DNA of 57,539 nucleotides, the filler included, from Dirinaria sp. TL-2023a (Eukaryota): the NCBI GenBank assembly GCA_051941275.1. It is 3 parts of 3 records of this genome, joined end to end, with 100 filler letters (N's around TTAATTAATTAA, not from the genome) between each part and the next. Parts side by side here need not be neighbours in the genome. Positions count along the whole stretch, not along the records: positions 1 to 19,152 come from JAVEBF010000350.1; positions 19,253 to 38,350 come from JAVEBF010000351.1; 1 more part is not named here. One strand, written 5' to 3'. The notes under the pieces were generated by a model, which had not been told where the DNA came from, made no database searches, and was given only the letters and a program-made list of their open reading frames with translations. Below are positions 13,375-26,900 of the stretch, in pieces; the stretch's first letter is position 1, and every line of letters starts with the position of its first letter. The position numbers were made by a program, and so were the translations under genes.

Positions 13375-13520
13375 AAACCCCCTAAGCTGTACTTTATATT
13401 GGGTCACATAGACTCGGGATCAAATATTATTTCTAGCTTCCAGAGCATGCATCCGCGCTCAGGTTGATCTGTGCCGCTAAGATCAAATCGATTTATGGCC
13501 ACCTTCCAAGATTCCCAGCT

Positions 13521-14100
13521 TCACCCAAGCCTATCTGCGGCTTCCTTGACATTGAATATCGATCGTTGCTGCTCGTTCCGCACACGGTCGTCCTTCACCA
13601 TGCGGGCGTCGACGCGGATGTCCTCGCCTTCCACGTTGAGGGTAGGTGCAGGGGTCTTAGCTTCGAGCACATAGTGATTGTCACAATGGGGGCAGTACTC
13701 GTCACTGTGGATGGCCCATCAGTACGAGCAACTTCTACCAAGTGGCCAGCAACGTTTACGCGTCTTCGAACTCTCTCGTGTCTTTCCGAAAACATTTCCT
13801 GCATTTCTTGCATGCAAACGTCTATGAAGTGACTCAGCGACAGTGGAACGGCACTGCACTACCCTTGTTTCGTACCATGTCAAATTTCTGTAGTAGTTGA
13901 TGGTCTTCTTGCTCTTGATGGCATTCCGCGCAATCGAACCATTTTCGACCTAGTGATTTCCCGTCAGATCCGGCATTGCGACTATTGGTGGAGAAGCCAA
14001 CAGCAAGGAGATCTTATGGAGACTTGAGCGTTGAGAATATGCTTGCTTTGCCAGTATCAGCCAGAAGTTTGGGAGAAGACACGTTTAGTACGTACCACAT
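13521..14100 (-). CDS. Small CHY-type zinc-finger protein, 5 exons; not captured by the ORF track
   Basis: Manual splicing gives MCKHILNAQVSIRSPCCRKWFDCAECHQEQEDH...FACKKCRKCFRKD...DEYCPHCDNHYVLEAKTP...RLG*. The coding part of exon 1 is only ATGTG. Confidence 0.88.
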
Positions 14101-14833
14101 GGTGGTATTTGATTCGCACTAAGCCACGTAAAAAATCCTACTATAAAGAAACTCGAAAGATACTTTAGATAGTCGTAATTCCTAATAGGCACTCCAGGCA
14201 CGTAAATGTAGACGCGACCCGCGCGCCAAGCCCTGATCGCCGCTCTCAAATTAAGATTATCGATAAGAAAAAGAGCCGCACTAACAATGGCCCGAGGGTC
14301 TTATGGAGCTGACTGAGGAGACGGAGGATGTGGAATCCCCGAATTCAACAGGACGGTCACTGCCAAACCCTCAATTACATGTCCTTGAATCCTTCTATAC
14401 AATGATGGAGACACGTCGGAACAGAGAATTCGTCTCATAATCCAATCATCCAATCAGCATTGCGTCTATGATATGCCAAGCCAGATGTAAAACCCACACT
14501 GCGGCAACCAGGCAGTATTTCGGCAGATGACGTTGGCCAGACGAGGCTCGAATCTTTGAGTAAGGCAGTCCAGATCAGGACGTGCGCCAACGATGATTCA
14601 TGAGCTCTGATCGAGTTTTCGTACCGCTTTGACGACTTCAGCTCCGTGAGGGGATGATGAAACGTCCGTCCGTGGATGTTTCTTGCATTCCCTGTCACGG
14701 CGTTTCCTGCTGCTATGCCGTGATATACTTCGTTTCTGTCACCACCGACTTGATGAACTGGCGAGTCTGCTGAGAAGCTTGGACTGACTACGCTTTAAGC
14801 TTGCGACTCTGGCACAGCCTCCTGCCGGTCGCC

Positions 14834-17800
14834 ATGGCTGATTCGGACAAAGACAGCAATGACGGGGCGTCTATTGTACGAATGCTGGCCTTGAACGAAT
14901 TGTACATATATACTGACTAACGTGATTCGGATCCAGAAACCTGTCTCGTCCTTAAGATCTCACTTTGAGAGCATATCAAGCGCTAGCCCTGCGCCTTCGA
15001 ATCGTTCTAGCCGAGGGTCCCCCAGGTTTGGGGTGGCGGAAGCGCCCTGGCAAAGAGAACACAATACGGCAGAACGAACATCTCTGGATCTGCCCCGAAG
15101 AACATCACCATGGCTGGTAGCAAAGGAGACCCATGATTCACGGCAAAAGCATGGCAATGGCGCCATGGGCCCGCCTGTAACGCCTCGATCTGAGCGCCCA
15201 CGTTCCGCACTGCTGCAACGCTCAAGCTCCGCCAGACCTTTGTCACCAACACTTGTGGCGCCCGTCGTTACGATTGATTCTCCAAAATCGCCACCTAAGT
15301 CTGCTCACTTGCCAAAAACACACCACTTCCCACCCCCTGCATCTCCAAACACCACAGCAGCCGGGGAGCTTAGATCACGAGCAGGACCTCCCGTTCCCCC
15401 GCATTCAGTGAATCGTTTGAGCCATTCAGGAGGGAAGGCTGTTGCGCAAGCTCCTGACGTAGATCAAAAACTTCCTGAGGTTCATAGTCCTGCGCCCGTG
15501 CGCAAGACAAATGCTGTTGGTACCATTGACACTGCTCTTGCCAACGTACCACCGCCAATCAATCGTGCAGAGAAGCCTAAAGTCCCTGCGAAACCGGGAG
15601 GTAACAAGCTGCGGCCGTCCCCGGACCCAGAGAAGGCTGTTAGCAATGACAGAGCCTCACCTTTTAGCACGCCTCCAAGTAGCGACGATAGTCCGAGCCT
15701 CACAGCAAATGGCTCGCCTTACCTTCATCATCAGTCGACATCTAATAACGTGGCAAGTGTAGATAAACATTTTGGCTCACCATCGCCAATTCATCCGGCA
15801 AGCAAGAAACCAGATGTCGCTCCTAATATTGCACACTCGACACCCAGATACACAAATGCTCTATCTCAAACGCAGCTTGATATGCGAGACACTATCGAAA
15901 GCCGTCCAGGATTGCCTCCACGCCGAATGACCGAGCAAAGGCCACCGCTGTCTTCTGTAACAACCTATAACAAGGCCAGAGTCGCTTCCACAAGCAGACT
16001 CCCAGCGTCAAGAGCGCAAATCGAGTCTCAAAGGACAACAACCCCCTCGCGAATGCCAAAAGATGACATCGTACAGCGGCCAGATTTTCCACCGCCACCC
16101 CAGAGATCGGCAACAATTGACAGCATGAAGACCTTGCTACAAGTAAGGCGAGGACCATCACCTACAACGGAGACTGCCAGTAAGCCGAGTTATGCTCCGC
16201 ATAGCAATACTCCCATGGACGAGCGACTAGACGCTGGAGCAGGTATAACGATAAGCATGGACTATCCTGACGCATCGGAATCCGGTCGAAAGCCACCTCG
16301 TACGAGTCATGGCGTTTACGAGATTGACACTAATTACGATACAAGATTGTTTGGCATTTGCGGGGACTGTATCTGTACAGCAGGCTATTTTACACGAGCG
16401 TGGGATCTAATCACCGGCAATCCCATTATGAGTTTGAGCCACGGCGAGCAAACCAAGATAACTGCTTTGGCTTTCAAGCCAGGTGCCACAGCTGATCAGG
16501 AGGGCCAGTGCTTGTGGTTAGGAACCAACTATGGAGAGCTCATGGAGGTGGACATAGCCAGCCAAAGCATCGTGGCGTCGAAGACCAGTGCGCACAATAG
16601 ACGAGAGGTAGTACGGATTCACAGGCACCAAAATTCTATGTGGTCGCTAGACGATGGTGGAAATCTGAATGTTTGGTTGCCTGACAATTCAGGTCTACCA
16701 AGCATGCAGCAGAGCTCGTTAACACGCAGAGTACCCAAGGGGCATAGCTTTTCCTTGGTGGTCCATCATCATCTCTGGCTCGCCGCGGGCAAGGATATCA
16801 GGGTATTTCAGCCCTCCGCAGACGTGGAAACTGAGTTTCAATTGACATTGCATCCACTTAGCCAGCCTAGCGTAGGGGAAGTTACGTCTGGGGCAGTTAT
16901 CAGCAATCAGCTTGACCGCGTGTATTTTGGCCATACGGATGGCAAAGTCACAATATATTCGACAGTTGATTTTGCTTGTCTGGGTGTGGTCAACGTGAGC
17001 GTCTATAAAATCAACGCTCTCGCTGGAGCTGGGGATTTCCTCTGGGCTGGATACAACACGGGAATGATATATGTCTATGATACGCGAACGCAGCCGTGGA
17101 CGACAAAAAAAGACTGGCATGCTCACAGTAATCCTGTTGCCAATATCTTGGTTGACCGAAGCAGTATTTGGAGATCAGGAGTCTTACAAGTCGCATCTAT
17201 CGGCACAGATAACGCTCTCAGACTGTGGGATGGAATGCTAGAAGAAGATTGGCTAGGTAAATCGTGAGGATTCATTGAATACGTGAGGCTGATTTCTGTA
17301 CAGTGGAAGATATGCGTAATCATGATACTGCTTACTGCACTTTTGAAGAGATGAGGACGCTTGTGGTGACCTGGAACGCTGGTGCCGCTACGCCAGGAAA
17401 CCTTCGATACGAAGACAAGGACAGTAACTTCTTCCGGGACGTTCTACACGCGGACGAACCTCCAGATATCTTGGTTTTTGGTTTCCAAGAACTTGTGGAC
17501 TTGGAAGACAAGAAGCTTACAGCAAGTGCGTGCTCCATGCAAGACCGATTGGTTGGATACTAACCTCTTCCAGAGAGCCTATTTAAGGGCAACAAAAAGA
17601 AAGATCCCTCTGAACAGGAGCACATGAGTCGGCAATACAGGGCTTGGCGAGATCACCTGGTTAGAACTCTAGAAGATAGTATGCCCTCGAGCGAGCCGTT
17701 CCACCTTCTGCATACCGCGAGCATGGTGGGATTGTTTAGCTGTGTCTTTGTGCGAGCAAGCCTGCGCAATCGCATCACCAGCCAAAGCGCAGCGGAGATC

Positions 17801-18699
17801 AAACGTGGAATGGGTGGCTTGCATGGCAACAAGGTAGGTTTGACATCCGCTCCTCGATTGAAAATGCTAAGACTCTTGGCTCAGGGCTGCCTCATTCTAC
17901 GTTTCCTAATCGACGACAGCTCGCTGTGCTTAGTCAATTGCCATCTGGCTGCAGGTCAAACACAAACAGTTCACCGCAACAATGACATCTCCGCGATCCT
18001 CGAGTCGACAATACTCCCTGCCGAGCAGCATCCCAATGCACAATGTGACTCTTACAGCGGCGGAGGAGACGGTTCAATGATCCTCGATCACGAGATCTGT
18101 ATATTAAACGGCGACCTCAACTACCGCATCGATACCATGGGCCGCGACACCGTAGTCAAAGCCATCCAAGCCGGCAACTTCACAAAGCTGTTAGAGCGGG
18201 ACCAGCTGCTCGTCTCTCGGCGACGGAATCCCCTATTCCGGCTAAAGGCGTTCACGGAATCGCCCATCACCTTCGCTCCGACTTACAAATACGACGTCGG
18301 AACCGATCGGTACGACACGAGCGAAAAGCACCGCGCCCCCGCCTGGTGCGATCGCATCCTGTACCGCGGCGCAGGTAAGATCAAGCAATTGGAGTACCGG
18401 CGCCACGAGCTCCGGGTCTCGGACCACAGGCCTGTCAGCGCTACGTTCAAGATGCGCATCAAATCCGTTTCGCACGAGAGGAGGCCGCAAGCGTGGAAAG
18501 CTTGCTTAAGGCGGTTTGAGGGTGTCCGGGAGGAATTGGCTCGGAATGCTAAGTACAATTCCCCCCCCCTCCTCCTGTTCATGTGGAAATCTTTGGGTTT
18601 TCGCTTGCGAACATGCTGACGCTTGATACCTTTTGCAGAATCATCTATCTTCGCGATGTATTAGGCGTCAATGTGGAGGAGGCTAAAACCCTTGTGTGA
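14834..18699 (+). CDS. Inositol polyphosphate 5-phosphatase with Pro/Ser-rich N-terminus and WD40 repeats, multi-exon
   Basis: TWNAG, FGFQELVDL, NCHLAAG, GDLNYRI, PTYKYD, PAWCDRILY and SDHRPV motifs of the 5-phosphatase domain. The preceding region is WD40-like (LWAGYNTG, ALRLWDG). Exon 1 MADSDKDSNDGASI splices to KPVSSLRSHFE. Confidence 0.9.
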
Positions 18700-19152
18700 G
18701 GAGAGAGGGTCTACCTAGTCCGAGGGCCTTTAAAACAAAAAAGGCAGAGGGAACGTTTCGGAGAATGGGAAAAAGGGGACTTGAGTTGGAATAGGCACGG
18801 TTTTGTTTGTTTTGGTTTTTTGTGTACAATATACCTTAAGGTAGTGATTCAACCAGACCCTCATCCGCTATGCAGAAGCCTTTTATATCTCCCTCCGTCT
18901 TCAATCATGAGATTTGACTAAGGTACCCTACGATTCTACGCATTAAGTTTGCTTCATGAACACCATCGTATCATTCGTGCCTACATTTCCCCATTCAAAG
19001 CATCAGCTCCGATCTTCCCTCCTCCACAATCTCCACCAACTGCCTCGTTATCCTTGCAAACCCCTCACTCAGCGAACAACTCCTATACTTATCAACCAAC
19101 AACGCATCCTCCTTCTCGGCCTCCTCTCCCCCCTCTTGCCCCTCCTCCTCAC

Positions 19153-19252
19153 NNNNNNNNNNNNNNNNNNNNNNNNNNNNNNNNNNNNNNNNNNNNTTAA
19201 TTAATTAANNNNNNNNNNNNNNNNNNNNNNNNNNNNNNNNNNNNNNNNNNNN
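19153..19252. other. Assembly gap spacer (44 N + TTAATTAATTAA + 44 N)
   Basis: Exactly 100 nt with a central palindromic six-frame stop linker; identical to the second gap. Confidence 0.97.
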
Positions 19253-19614
19253 GATATTGATATCTCTCTCTCTACCATATTCTTCGCTATTCGCATTTGC
19301 GATGCCCATGTGCCATGATGTACTAGCTAAGGTACCTAAGGTACCTATCTAACCTCAATCGAGGGCCCATGTGTATATATATGTATATATACAAATTGCT
19401 GCTTTGTAGGTAGGTAAGGTAAGGGTAGGTAGGTATGTAGGTAAGGGCTTGGCTCCTCACTCTCACTCTTTCTCTCTCTTATGTGCTCATCACACATGCT
19501 AAAGTAACTTACCTAACTCTATCCAGGCCCTATAAACTGAAGTTTGAATTGGGGCTGAACGCCGGGTATCATACCATACTGTACTGAATGGATGGATGGG
19601 TGTACAGTATGTAC

Positions 19615-21189
19615 TCAAGCATCGCGCCAGACATTACCCTCGTCGACGACGAACACGGGGGCTTCGCCTCCCAAGCTGGCTTCCATATCCTCTTCGTCTT
19701 CCCCTCTTTCTTTTTCCTTCTCTATTTCCTCGTCCCCCTTTCTGGTTCCTTCTTTCTTCTCATGATCGTAATCACGCTCATCATCCACTACGAACTTATC
19801 GTCCTGCATCACCACCTCAACACCCTCACTCCCCTGATACCATCCCAGATCCACCCACTCCGCGATCAACTGCTTCGCCCGCTCGCTCATGGTATAGTAA
19901 CCCGGATTATCGCGGGGGAAAAACATGCCCATGTGCGCTTTGATCTCGTCGACCGCTTTGTCATTGACCGCCTTTTCGAAGCAGCGCTTCATCTTGTCCG
20001 TCTTGGGGACTGTGCAAAACGTGCGCTCGCTCCTCTGCTGCTGCAAGCCGCTGCTGCCGGGACTGACCTCGACCCAGCCGCCGGCGAAGGTTTTGGGTTC
20101 ATTGTGGGAGCCGCCCGCAGCGCCCTGACCCAGTACGGTGACGAGGTCGGTGAAGCCGACCGCCCGCTCGCGGTGCAGGTTCACGAGGCGCGAGAGCCGC
20201 GATTGCAGCTCTTCGCCCCGCACCAGGCACCCCACGAATTCGAGATGGCTGCCGGCCCAGCTCCAGCCGGCCGAGATCCGCTCCCGTTTCAAGTACGCCG
20301 CTGCTCCCCCCGCTGCGACCGCCCCAGCCGCGCCGGCGAACATGGCGTATTTCCCCCACCGCTGCCACGCCGGCGTCGCTGCCGCATCGTCCGTCATGGA
20401 GGCTGAGAGTACGTCTTTGGCGGATTCGGGTCCTGCTGGCAGGCTTTTCGGCGCTGGGGAAGCAGACGGCGGGGATTTAGCGGAGCCGGCACCCCAACCG
20501 AAGGCACCTGCTAGTTCGGAAAGATTGGAGTATGCGGAGGAGGCGCTTTTGTAATGCGACTCTGCGCCGTGGGCGATGACGGAGGGGGAGATGCCCAGGT
20601 ACGGCGTGTCGAAGGCGAGAAGGCCTTGGATGTAGGGGAACATGAACTCCGGCGTCGAGGTCAGCGGGTCGGTTGAGTTGCTTGTGGAGTTGGTGGGAGA
20701 GGGTGGTGGGATTGGAGGGTCAGAAGTGATAGACAGAAGAGTTTCGGCTGCGACTATGCCGCCCATGGAGTGTCCGACGAGGACGACGCGGACGGAGGGG
20801 TCGATAGTAGGTGAGGGCGTGCCGGCAGACACCTCGAGATCGATGACTTTGTTCTGAAGCCTACAGCAGACGCAAAATGTGAGCTCTCAGAGAATTCGGC
20901 AAAATTGGCGGCACCAGGATTGGTCTTTGAATAGCCATACCATTCTCGAAATCTCGATACACAGTCACTGAGATCGCCTCGGGTCTCGAAGGTGGGATAT
21001 GTCACCACCGCGACCGAGATCTTGGGCAGGGCATGGCTGAGGAGAGCGCGCAAGTGCTCTGGGAAGGCACCGAAGGTGTTATCATCGCCCTACGATAGCC
21101 AGGTCAGCTCGAGGATCTTCCAGGCTCCAACAAAATATTCGAGGTACTTTGAAGCCATGAATAAAGCATAAAAGCAACGTCTTCTGCAT
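19615..21189 (-). CDS. Alpha/beta-hydrolase, DUF676/lipase-like, 3 exons
   Basis: Spliced start MQKTLLLCFIHGFKGDDNTFGAFPEHL. Nucleophile elbow GHSMGG, AFDTPYLG, HLEFVGCL and DEIKAHMGMF motifs. Acidic C-terminal tail. Confidence 0.85.
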
Positions 21190-21847
21190 TCTTATCGTGC
21201 ACCATACTCATGCATCCTGAAGGGTAGGAATGGAAAGTTAGGAAAGGCCTTCCCAAGGGAACAGTTGTCGGTTCCATTTACTGCGTCACTGCTGCGGGCT
21301 TGGCTGATTATGTCTTTTAGGGTTAAAACGGACTTTTAAGGTACCCTAACTCCTAGAATAACCCTGGTTCATGGGAATTTGGGCCTCGGTAGTGAATCTG
21401 AAGCGGTTCTATGAGGAATTCTTCGCGCAAGCCTTTTCCAATAGCCGTTTGTCCTTGCGTTTGCGGTTTCGGTTTCAGCAACCTATGTAAATGTCGGCCG
21501 CAAACGCACTTTGATGTATCCTCTGAAACTCTTCAGCACAGCTGCAAAAAGATAGCTTGGCACTAGTGGAATGCCGCCCTTCCTCTGTTGGAGGTTGATG
21601 GAAGATATTCTATGTACACGCAACAATGTGAGGCTTTTCATAGCCCCTACCATCTCTTTTAAACCACCATATGATGCTCCGTCTGTGCGCGGTGTCCGCT
21701 GCATTGGTCCCATCTGTGGCTTCACCCGAGCGCCCAAGCAATGCAGCAAGTAAGAACAGCGCTAGAATGCAATATGCCAATGATGCTAAAAGAATCCGTC
21801 GTATCAAAATGGATGCCCTCGGAATGAAACGCTAGATCGCAGCAAAT

Positions 21848-23915
21848 TTAACAGAATTTTGGTTGCGGGAGGTTGTAAGGTACAGGAGGTGGTTGAGCCC
21901 ATGAGTCTTGGTGCATAAATGGTGGAATGCCCGTCTTGCGTTCGCTGAGCGGTTTGCCCAATTGCTGGTAGCGCATCTGGTCATTGCCAAGGCCTTGCGG
22001 GGGGTTGTGCATCGAAGCAGACGGTGGCGGCACCAGCAGAGTGTTAACGCTTCGCACAGGCTTGTATGGAGAGTGCCGGATAGCAGGATACTCGGCAGGA
22101 GACAAGTGCGTAGGGGTGTGCTGAGACTGAGGGAATTGATAGGATGTAGGCGACGGGGTTGCCGAACTCGGACCATATGAGCTATGTCGGCTGTGCCATT
22201 CGCTTGGTCCAGAAAAGTTGGCCTGTGGGGGAACGTTAAACGGCGAAGGCTGCGGCAACGCTGGTAGAGTGCCGTTCTGTGGCCAGCGCACTGGTGCAGG
22301 AAAACTTTCACTGGACGATCTGCTGGCCGGCAGAGGTAATTGCGCGGGGGAACCGTGGTATCCGTTATGGTGGGAATTAGTCGGTATAGAGAGATTTGGC
22401 ATTGGTAGCCTCGGTATTGCAGGAGTAATTCCTCGTGCAGTTGAAGGTGTCAGAGTGGTACTGGATGTACCAGAAGAAGGAAATGAAGACAGTGGCCTCT
22501 TCGCTGGTGGCTCCAATAGCTGCTCGTCGTGACTCCTTTTCCTTCCCGAAGACCTCGGATCTGTATCCGGCAAAAGTGATGTAGGCGATGGTATTGAAGG
22601 CGGAAGATATGGTGGGACAGATAGAGGGTGAGGAAGGGCGGGGTGACTGAAAGAATTGTGCGTCGGATAAGGTGGTGAGGTATTTGTCGAGGCCGGAGGA
22701 GAGGGAAGATCTAACGACGTGCTGACCGACGAACTGTGAAGGCTCCGATTCCTTAGAACAGGCTCAAGAGGTTTCTTAGATGCTCTGTCGAAATGATGCC
22801 AGAACCGTCCTAACTTGACGTGCCATTCCTTCCATTCTTTATCGGAAACGTAGAGCGTGTACCGCATATTGCTGAGAAATTCCACTTCCATGATGTGTAT
22901 TTCTTGCACAGAGATCCCAGAAACCTCTGCCCAAGTCTTGTTGGTATACGTATTATCATCAAGGACTAGTTTGAATCAGCTTCCGCAAACCGAATCATAA
23001 TCATGGAATGGAAATACTAACATTTGTTCCCCAGCATCAACGCCACCGTCAGAAGTCTGAACTCACTACCTAACTTGCCCTTTACACCAGGGTTCAGTCT
23101 CTTCAGCCGATAAATGAACATCAAGGCTAGCAGGATCACATTCTGCGTGACTTGTGTCGTGGAAAGGACAGTTGTCACCCATTTCCGAAACCCTGATGTT
23201 GGCATAGCTTCTGACACAAGTGGCTCTAAAGGCGAGAAGGTAGTCTTGGACTCTTCTACGAGCTGAAGGGTGATGGATGATTCGAACCAGAAAAGGCAGG
23301 TTATCTTTTTCACCGATCAACAGATTATCTAGAGAGCAAAGTCTATTCAAATCATACCTGAGCAGCGAACTCCGCCAAGCTTCCTTTGCTATCGTTTATT
23401 GAAGGTGGGATTTGCAGATAGTGTGCTATGTCGGTGCCATCGTTGTTCCGCCCTCGATGCGTATGTTCTCGATTCTCGTCGTTTTCACTTCTGGCTATTG
23501 AACTCTGCGATCTATGTGTAGGCTTGTAGGACTCGGGTAGTGGGGGTACTTTGCTGGTGTACCTCGCATTTCCAACGCTGCTCAGGCTATGCTGGTGGGA
23601 AGCGGTATTGGGTGCCACAACTGGTACACCCTTGTAGTGCAATGGACCATAGCTGGGAGCTAGTAAAGGGTTGACATTCATGTCGTGAGGCTCCAACGGG
23701 GGAGTTCTGAGACCGTGATAGATCGTGGCCGTATCGCCTGCTTGTGTGGCCGAGACCGTATATCCAACCCCGCTTCTTCTCGCTGCGTCGAGCTCGCTCC
23801 TGGCGTTTTGGTCGAGGTATCGTAGCTGTGGAATCGGAGGTAAGACTTCTCTCATGATTCTCCTGTGCTGGACGATCCCCGCAGGCACTGAGCTGGGAAG
23901 CTGAATGGCGAGCAT
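21848..23915 (-). CDS. Pho85-type (Pcl/Clg1-like) cyclin with a long Pro/Ser-rich tail, 3 exons; start codon uncertain
   Basis: Cyclin box FRKWVTTVLSTTQVTQNVILLALMFIYRLK...[29 protein letters not shown]...EVEFL assembled across introns. Confidence 0.85.
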
Positions 23916-26900
23916 GGAAGCTTCTGCGGGAGAAATGAGGTCATGTAGTGTCGACGAGCCGGTGATTCTGGAATAGGTTTGCTCCAAGGCTTGAATGCTA
24001 CGAGGGTGAATGTGTCACAGTCGGATTCGGTCGTAGCTGCCACAACAGTCACTGATCCCTTCGGATCATTATTGGCGGGGGGGCCAATGTTATGCCTTCA
24101 TTCCGGTGAAGGCACGTGTCAGAAGTTGAGAGAAATTTAAAGGAATGATGAGAGACAATAGCTTCTCCAGCTACGGCATTGAAAGCATTGACCGAAGTGG
24201 GAAGCTTTCGTAAATCGTAACCTTGTTGCGCAGTCAGGCTGGCGCTAGTGGCACAAACAAGCGTCAATAATGAAAGATTAGGAAACCTTGTAAAAAGGAC
24301 GGATAGTTTTTTTTTATTTCGATGAGGTGTGATAAATTAATAATAAGGGGAGGTGCGTGCCCGGGGTGAAGAATGGACAGCAAGATGAAATAGCGTGATG
24401 TAGTGCTTAGAGCAACGAGAAAGGGAATGAAGGGCTTGGATTACGATACTAGTCAAGCATGACCTAGACATGGCATGCCGGCATTCACAGGATGATCACC
24501 GTCTTGTGTAAGAAGCGGTAGTGTCTTGGAGAGGGTTTGGAGCGAGGGGTTGAAAATAGTTCATGTTTCCGGTTTGAGGGCAAATAATAGTGTCGGAGAG
24601 ATGGTAAGTGTACGGCATCCGTCCAAGTAGTTTGGGAGTGTTCCATGCACAGCTACAGGGTGACAAGGGGAGCAGCAGCTGCTATCAGGCCCAATGACAC
24701 GAGATAGAGATGAACCGGACGCCGCGTGCCGCGATGTGCTTCAATTTGACACGAAAGCAGGGAGGGATGAAGGGGGAAGTGAATCGATGGCAGCCTTGTT
24801 GCTTTCTGGGCTTTGGGCTTGTTACCGAATCGATCTACGTGTGTGATGTGCTGCTGGGCTGCTGGGCTTTGATCCTTTCTCTTTGCGCGGAGCCTACGCA
24901 GCTCCATCATGCTGCAAGCGGCAGCGTGTTAGGCACGATTCGGCCTAGCCACTGTTTCCTCTTTCTGCCGCCAAATCAGGGGACACGCAGACGGTAGTAA
25001 GGTGGGAAGGTAAGGTAGTGTACAGTTCAGTTAGTATGGGTCTAAGGGTAGTCCTGTAGTCTCACCGGCTACCAGAGCAAAAAAAGGGCTGGCCGTCCTC
25101 TGACTGGCCGCTGACTGGCCGCTGGAATCCATTTCCACCAATCCCTGGCGTCGCACCCATTCCAATATCCGAGCAAAGCGAACGCGGAGCGAAGCGAGCA
25201 AGCAAGAGTGAGCAAAGGGAGCGAAGTGAGGGGTGGGGTGGAGGCGCAAATGGGACGCGAGAAGGGATGGGCATGGGATGGCGAGATTACGTTGGTGCTA
25301 GTTGGTTGTGTCCGGCTGCGTCAGATTCACCCATAGGAGCTTACTGTTGCTTTACGGTTTAGGCGCTCCGTCGCACATACGGACATCCGATATAATGTGT
25401 CGGTGTGTGTGGATGCACGAGGCTGGCCCTCGTACGCCGGCCATACCTGACTCTCCCAGATGCGGGCCACAGGTGGGAAGTGTTTGAAGGGTGACGAAGG
25501 ATGCTGTGTGGCCGATGAGACGAGCATGTTGCCCGAGCCAGGGGGTGAGTGGGAGAGTGGATGATGCTGAGAACAAGTGGTGAGCTGCAGGCATCAAGAT
25601 CCAGATCTACAACATTCAACAGACGACGCTCTGCCGTGCTGGCGTGGTGGGCCCAAAAAAGAAAAGAGAGAGAGCCAGCCTGCCTGTGGTTCGCCAGCTA
25701 AGCCAGTCAGCCAGGGTTTGTGCGTTTTTGGTGACGGTGACTTGATGGGGCCCGACGATGGAGAAGGAATGAAGGGTTGGCTTGGATAACACCGGCGCTA
25801 GTACCACTCCGGCCGTTATGGAATGCAGTCCCCAGAATCCCCCCAGTAGTCAGTAGTAGTAGTGTCTGCGTTTCGCTCAATATGTACAGTTACAGTACAG
25901 TAGTAATCAATCATACGCGAAACCAAAAAATAACCCTTGCATCCCGCCGCTCTCGCTCTTGGATTATTATTGGGGCCAAATCATATGTTCCATGACCCAG
26001 TAATATGATTATCATCAAAATTATTATTTGAGACTTGAAGCACGAAGCCTTCTACACTAATCCGCGAGATCGCAGTGTGCCGTGCACCCTAAGGTAACCT
26101 GACAACCCTACCTATGGTGCAGCATTCTCGATTTCTCCTGTAGCCGGCCTCGCCTCCACACTCCCGCCCAATGAACCCCCCCTTTAGCGAGGGGCAAAAA
26201 AGCTGCTCCTGTCTCACCAACTACTACTGATACTGCTACCACCTCCACTTCGTACATGTCCGGTCGGCTATGGAGGCCTGGCGGGGCCAGATTATTACAC
26301 CCTTGTCACAGTCCGGGCAGTTATACAAAATAGAAAGGAAGAAAAAAACTCCTTTACCCGGACCTCGGATCGGTAACAGGAGCCCACAGTAAACAGTGTA
26401 CTGTATGTCTGGCGCAGCACCAGTACGTCGGTGAGGGATTCAAGTATGCGCTAGGATGTTGGCCATCCGACCTGCAGTGCAGAAGGGCCAGTGAGTCGGA
26501 TCACCAGCATCGCTTTTTTGTCTGCCCCAGATCCTGCAATCCAGGATGACGAAGTTGACAGCGAAAGGAGGACTGGTGGCCGCCCGGTTTCAGCGGTAGC
26601 GGCGCAATCAATTTGATTGTTGTAATTGATTGACTTGTCATGCATTCCGCGTCCAGCTGAGCGGTGTCTTAGTTTTACTCGCTGCGGCGGCCCTGACTCA
26701 TGATAAGCATACCAACGCGGATCCGATTGAGTGTCTGGAATCAGTGCCATACTGCATGAGGACTAATCGGCAGAAAGGCGAAATGGGCCACACTTGGCGG
26801 CAATGCCTCGCGAAAAAGCACGGTAGACGCCCATCAAGCAAAGGCCGTAGCAAATCCCCGTTCGCGCTCCAGGATGCATGATTTGCGGGACAATGGAGAC

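Noticed and set aside
14660..14775. Possible C/D-box snoRNA (ATGATGA...CTGA)
   Set aside because: I could not identify a terminal stem or rRNA-complementary guide; such short boxes occur by chance.
19197..19208. TTAATTAATTAA palindrome (also at 38395-38406)
   Set aside because: Centred in identical N44 flanks in both gaps; an artificial scaffold linker, not biology.
19588..20406. 272-aa plus-strand ORF
   Set aside because: Antisense shadow of the GC-rich DUF676-like gene.
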